Shown here in pieces: positions 59,545 through 64,000 of a stretch of DNA of 64,000 nucleotides. The position numbers were made by a program, and so were the translations under genes. The stretch's first letter is position 1, and each line of letters starts with the position of its first letter. The stretch is from Antedon mediterranea (Eukaryota > Animalia > Echinodermata), in assembly GCF_964355755.1 (NCBI RefSeq), contig NC_092673.1, positions 22,627,648 to 22,691,647 of the forward strand, read 5' to 3'. Below the pieces are notes generated by a model, which saw only the letters and a list, made by a program, of their open reading frames with translations, did no database searches and was not told the DNA's origin.

Positions 59545-60110
59545 TTGTTATGGGTTGGTTACTGATGGTTGTTGTAGACTGGTATTATTGGTTTGGGTGG
59601 TATGTATAGGTTGGTTATCAATGGTTGTTTGTTAAACTAGTTGTTTTTTGGTTTGGTCATAATTAGTTAAGTGGTGCTTGTAGACGGCGGGTAGGTATAT
59701 TGGTTTGGTTGTCATGTAGGTTGGTTACCAATGGTTGTTTGTTAAACTAGTTTATTGGTTTGGTTGTCATGTATAGGTTAGTTAGATGGTGGTTGTAGAA
59801 AGGTAGGCATACTATTGGTTTGGTTGTCATGTAGGTTGGTTACCAATGGTTGTTTGTTAAACTAGTTTATTGGTTAGGTTGTCATGTATAGGTTAGTTAG
59901 ATAGTGGTTGTAGACGGGTAGGCATATTATTGGTTTGGTTGTCATGTAGGTTGTTTACCGATGATTATTTGTTTTTTAGTCTGTTTGTTGATTTGGTTGT
60001 CATGTAGGTTGGTTACTAATGCCTATTTGGTTAGTACCAGTTTGTAAGCTATTTTACTGGTTTGGTTAATTTGTTTCTGTATTTGGCCGGTTGGTTTGGT
60101 TGATAGCTAT
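59545..60110. repeat. Degenerate G/T-rich tandem repeat (alternating ~50/~70-bp subunits, ~120-bp period)
   Basis: Repeated ATTGGTTTGGTTGTCATGTA(TA)GGTT(G/A)GTTA, followed alternately by CCAATGGTTGTTTGTTAAACTAG or GATGGTGGTTGTAGA. Confidence 0.85.
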
Positions 60111-62807
60111 ATTTTGATTTGGTAATCATATTAGTTCATTGCATTGGTTGTTCGCTTTGTTTGGTTGAATTGAAAGTTAATAATTTTAGCTAAAACAAAA
60201 GGAAATAAAGTATGCACACGCTGATGAAATCGTACTTATTTAGACTAAAATACAATAACACTAAAACAATATTTTGAGAATAAATTAATCAAACTAGTTA
60301 AATAATTGAAGGAAAATCATCAAATTAGAAAGATAATAAGCTTTAAAAATATCACTTGATTCCAAGGAATTAAAAAATTCAAAAAGCTACATTGTCTACA
60401 GCGTCTATCTAATCTATAGAAGACTAGGCCCAATGAAATGTGTGTTAATTATTTTTTATATTTTATAGAAATATATAGTTATATATTATAATTTTACAAT
60501 TAACTTATCGGTCTGAGAGATTACAGAATTTAGCTAAAAAAATTTAATTTCCAATCAAATTATCTTGGTAACTTACTTAAGACACACTGTAAATCCATAG
60601 CTATAAAATAAACTGATTATCTATATATAAATTTACGTAAGGGCAAGCCCATCTAGTATATTATAATTATAGATACATTAATACGAGGAGTAAAGGTGAA
60701 TAAGAGGAGGATTGTTTATTGTAAGTGATATTTTATTATTTTATTTATTTTATTAATTTTAGCAACATTAAAACAATACATAAACTTTGAGTGTGCCAAG
60801 GAGTGGCAAAAGAGGTCAAAGGACCACTGTCGCCATAAGCAAAACTAGGCAAGACAACACGTTGGGTTGCTCCTACGAAGTGGAGAAAAAAAAACACAAC
60901 ACAAAATTAAACACAAATTAATTAATAATGTATAGCCCATACTTGGGTGTTACAAGCGGCAATTAGCTACTGGACTGAATTTGATAAAGAAAATACTGTA
61001 GGCCTATAGTAAAAGATAAGCAAATATTCTTGAGAAATCATTAAAAATCAACGTAATTAAAATCTCTAGTAATTTTTATGAAATAGAAAATCTATTAGAA
61101 GCTCTGGAGTTAAGCAAATCCAAACTATTAAAAAATATCAACCAACACAATTCAATTATAAATCTAAAATCTAGACAATTTTGTTGAAAAAATATCATTT
61201 TTTACGCCTTTGTCTTGTTTTGGGAAAAACTTAAAGAAAAACTGCCCCGATTATTTGTAAATATTATCCTATATGCAAAAAAAGAAAAAAAACACAATTA
61301 AAACAAATCTATTAGGCCAATAGTGATAATTTTAAAGTAAATAATGCATTTTTAGATTTAAATAATACTGTATAAACGTGTTTAAATCATCCATTACCAA
61401 TCAAGATCAATCACAATTTATTAATTCTATTTGTCAATAAGTTTGAAATACTATAGCTACATTTTCCATTTATTGATATACAATTATGAATATTGTATTA
61501 TCTAATCATCAAGGTTATTATAAGCATTTGACATTGTGTGTTTATTGCCTTGCGTCAAGGTTATTCCAATCAATTGGGTATTCAAAAGAAATATCTTCAC
61601 TTTCAAGTTTGTTCCTAATGATTCAGACTATTGATTTAAAGATGAATTTTGGAAATAAATGTTGATTTTGAATAAACAAACAGAAGTTGATTCTCGTACG
61701 GTGACATGTCTACATACAATAAACTGTGTGAGTGTTCTATGGCAAACGACGGTAACATTCGCATCCATAAAACATGGATGTCACTGTTACAAGTTCAAAA
61801 TCTAAATGTTAGCTGAACCTAACCCTCAAAATAATCTTTCTCACTAACCGGTATATATTGATTTAAAACAAAACAAATCACTTCGACGGAGTTTGAATTG
61901 AACCCTTGTCTTTCAATTTTGAAGCGAAGCACTAACCATTCAGCCAGCTGACATGTTCAGTAATGTTGATAGTATTATTAGTAGTATGAAATATGTGTTA
62001 AAATAATATTAAAGAGGATACAAAAACAGAATATTACGAAGAACAAAAAGAATGAAAATGTATAAAAAATTAATAAAGGTGGTGGTTAACCAAAAAAAAA
62101 TCATTTAGCCAGCTTGTCGAAAAGCGTTGTCATTGCATAGGCCTAGTTGTAAATAGGAGATGTAGTGTTATAATTGACAACAAGGTTGTAAAAGATACGA
62201 AATTGCACGTTTATTTTGTTGTCATAAAATAGTTTATCTTTTCTTTACTTTTGGTTCCTAGCGCAACAAAAACGTGCTATAATATTTGCATTCATTTATT
62301 TTTTTTGAGTAATTTATTTCAAACTATAAGCACAAACAGTTCTGTTTTGTTAAACGATAAAATCGTCGTGAGACAATTAGTTATCGAAAGACGAGGTGCC
62401 GAACATCTATCATATTAATGTTGCTAAACAGAGAATACAAGCAAGAACAATTGCACGTCTAAATTAAAGTAGGCCTTGAAATCATAGAAAGTGTAGGTTT
62501 AATGTATATTGAAATTGGAACAAGGATTGAAATTCAATGATTCTCTTAAAAAAAGAGAAACTCCTGGTATCACCATTGTCTAAAATCAATAACTTAGAAT
62601 TAATAGAATAACACATTTTTTCCATGTAACATAAAAATCTTTATTTATGAGCAAAGAGTAATAATATTCACTATAAATAAGTTTTGTAAAATGTACTGGG
62701 TCTAATCAAAATCCTTCTTCCTAATAAAACCAACATGCACTTAAGGTAGTTATCGTCGAAGAGATACAACTACAGTACGCTTGCCCAACCTCTGTAGTTA
62801 GTGGTAA

Positions 62808-62927
62808 GCTCTGTCTACACTATCAAACTAAAAAAGTGTGATGTTTTATATGGTAGTGATATGACATCATCATGTCCATATATCGGCACATCACATTATT
62901 TTGTTATATAAAGTTTGGTAGTGTAGA
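62808..62927 (+). mobile_element. Short MITE with inverted ends
   Basis: TCTACACTATCAAACT ... AGTTTGGTAGTGTAGA inverted ends; related copy at 45653-45783. Confidence 0.6.
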
Positions 62928-64000
62928 AAATTTTTGGTTTCGTTTCGTTTTTACGCTGTAATGAGACAAAATATTTTATTTCGAAAACATAGTCTAGAAC
63001 CTAGGACACAACTAAATTGCTACTATAGTTTCATGTTTAGTTAAATAGTTTACATCACAAAATCACAAAACACTTTAAAATTAATTTTGATAAACTTGTT
63101 AATTTCTTTGCTACATAATGAGTAAATAATCTAGCAGAAATCCGTCGCCTGAGACTCTTTAACACATGAAAAAATGTACCTCTTTATGATTATTAAAACG
63201 TAACACTGAGGTAATCCGCATCCCGTTATTATTAAAACAAAGCGAGGCGGTTGTATTGATGCCGTTCTCATGGGAAACGTGTTGGTCGTAATTTTACTGA
63301 TATCATTTTACAGGTAATTGAGATTCAAGCTAAGTGTAACTCGTACAAAAATTTCAATTAAATCCTACACGTAAAATGTGTGCCGGGCAATTAACCCGGA
63401 ATCATCCTACAGCAGCCTAGACTGCTGGTAACCCCAGGCAACAGCAATCATGCAAGCAACAGCGGTAAAAATAATAAAAAAGTAAATCGCTGTACAGATT
63501 AATAAAATGCAATCTTGTATATTGTTTCTCTTTAAGTGATTATATATAAAATAACCTTTTTTTAACGAAATGAGATTGATAAAACTATTATTTTTTAAGT
63601 AAACCATTATACACAGTATCCGCAAAAGTTATATTATGTTAAACTGTATATTTTTAGATGTTATAATAATGTTTAGGCCTATTGCACAACAACAATAATT
63701 TAAAAAAAAAAATATTTTTGAGTTTAACCGAATTTTATAATTAGTTTAGGCCTAGGCCTATATTGATTTTTTTTTTTTAATAACATGGATTTAATTGTGA
63801 TTTATGTTGTTAGATTTACTATCAGACATTTTTTATTATAAGATAAAGAATAATGTTAGTTAGAGATACAACGTGCAAATACACAACGAAGTGTGGCATG
63901 ATGGATTTGAGACGGCGAATCCAAGGGTGGGGAAAATGCAAATGATAGTACATTATGTTCAGTTCAGTGTTTTAGGCTCCTCCATTCTATTTAAAAATCC

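Noticed and set aside
50000-64000. Short ORFs of 60-92 aa
   Set aside because: Low-complexity AT-driven composition, no domain motifs and no consistent splice pattern.

Overview
AT-rich, intron-containing animal genomic DNA; an invertebrate, possibly an echinoderm (inferred from composition and repeats only). There are two host genes, both on the minus strand. (1) A very large secreted or cell-surface mosaic gene starts at 28647 and runs off the left edge. I could splice 36 GT-AG exons in phase by hand (about 4005 codons so far). Its layout is signal peptide, three Bark-beetle/Anakonda-like SRCR/beta-helix/CUB units, C-type lectin, EGF, PSI, a ~630-aa region I cannot assign, Cys-rich repeats, VWD (GDPH) and an EGF array. 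(2) CDC7 kinase, with 9 coding exons (564 aa) and an E2F site in the putative promoter. The introns and intergenic space hold many mobile elements: a degenerate AcademX DNA transposon with intact TIRs and 3-bp TSD, a 3.2-kb foldback element with Academ-like ends, L2-, Rex1/Babar- and RTE-type LINE fragments, Helitron/Helentron-type non-autonomous elements, MITEs, SINE remnants and minisatellites. The last ~14 kb has no supportable coding sequence. All calls come from manual reading; no database searches were run.
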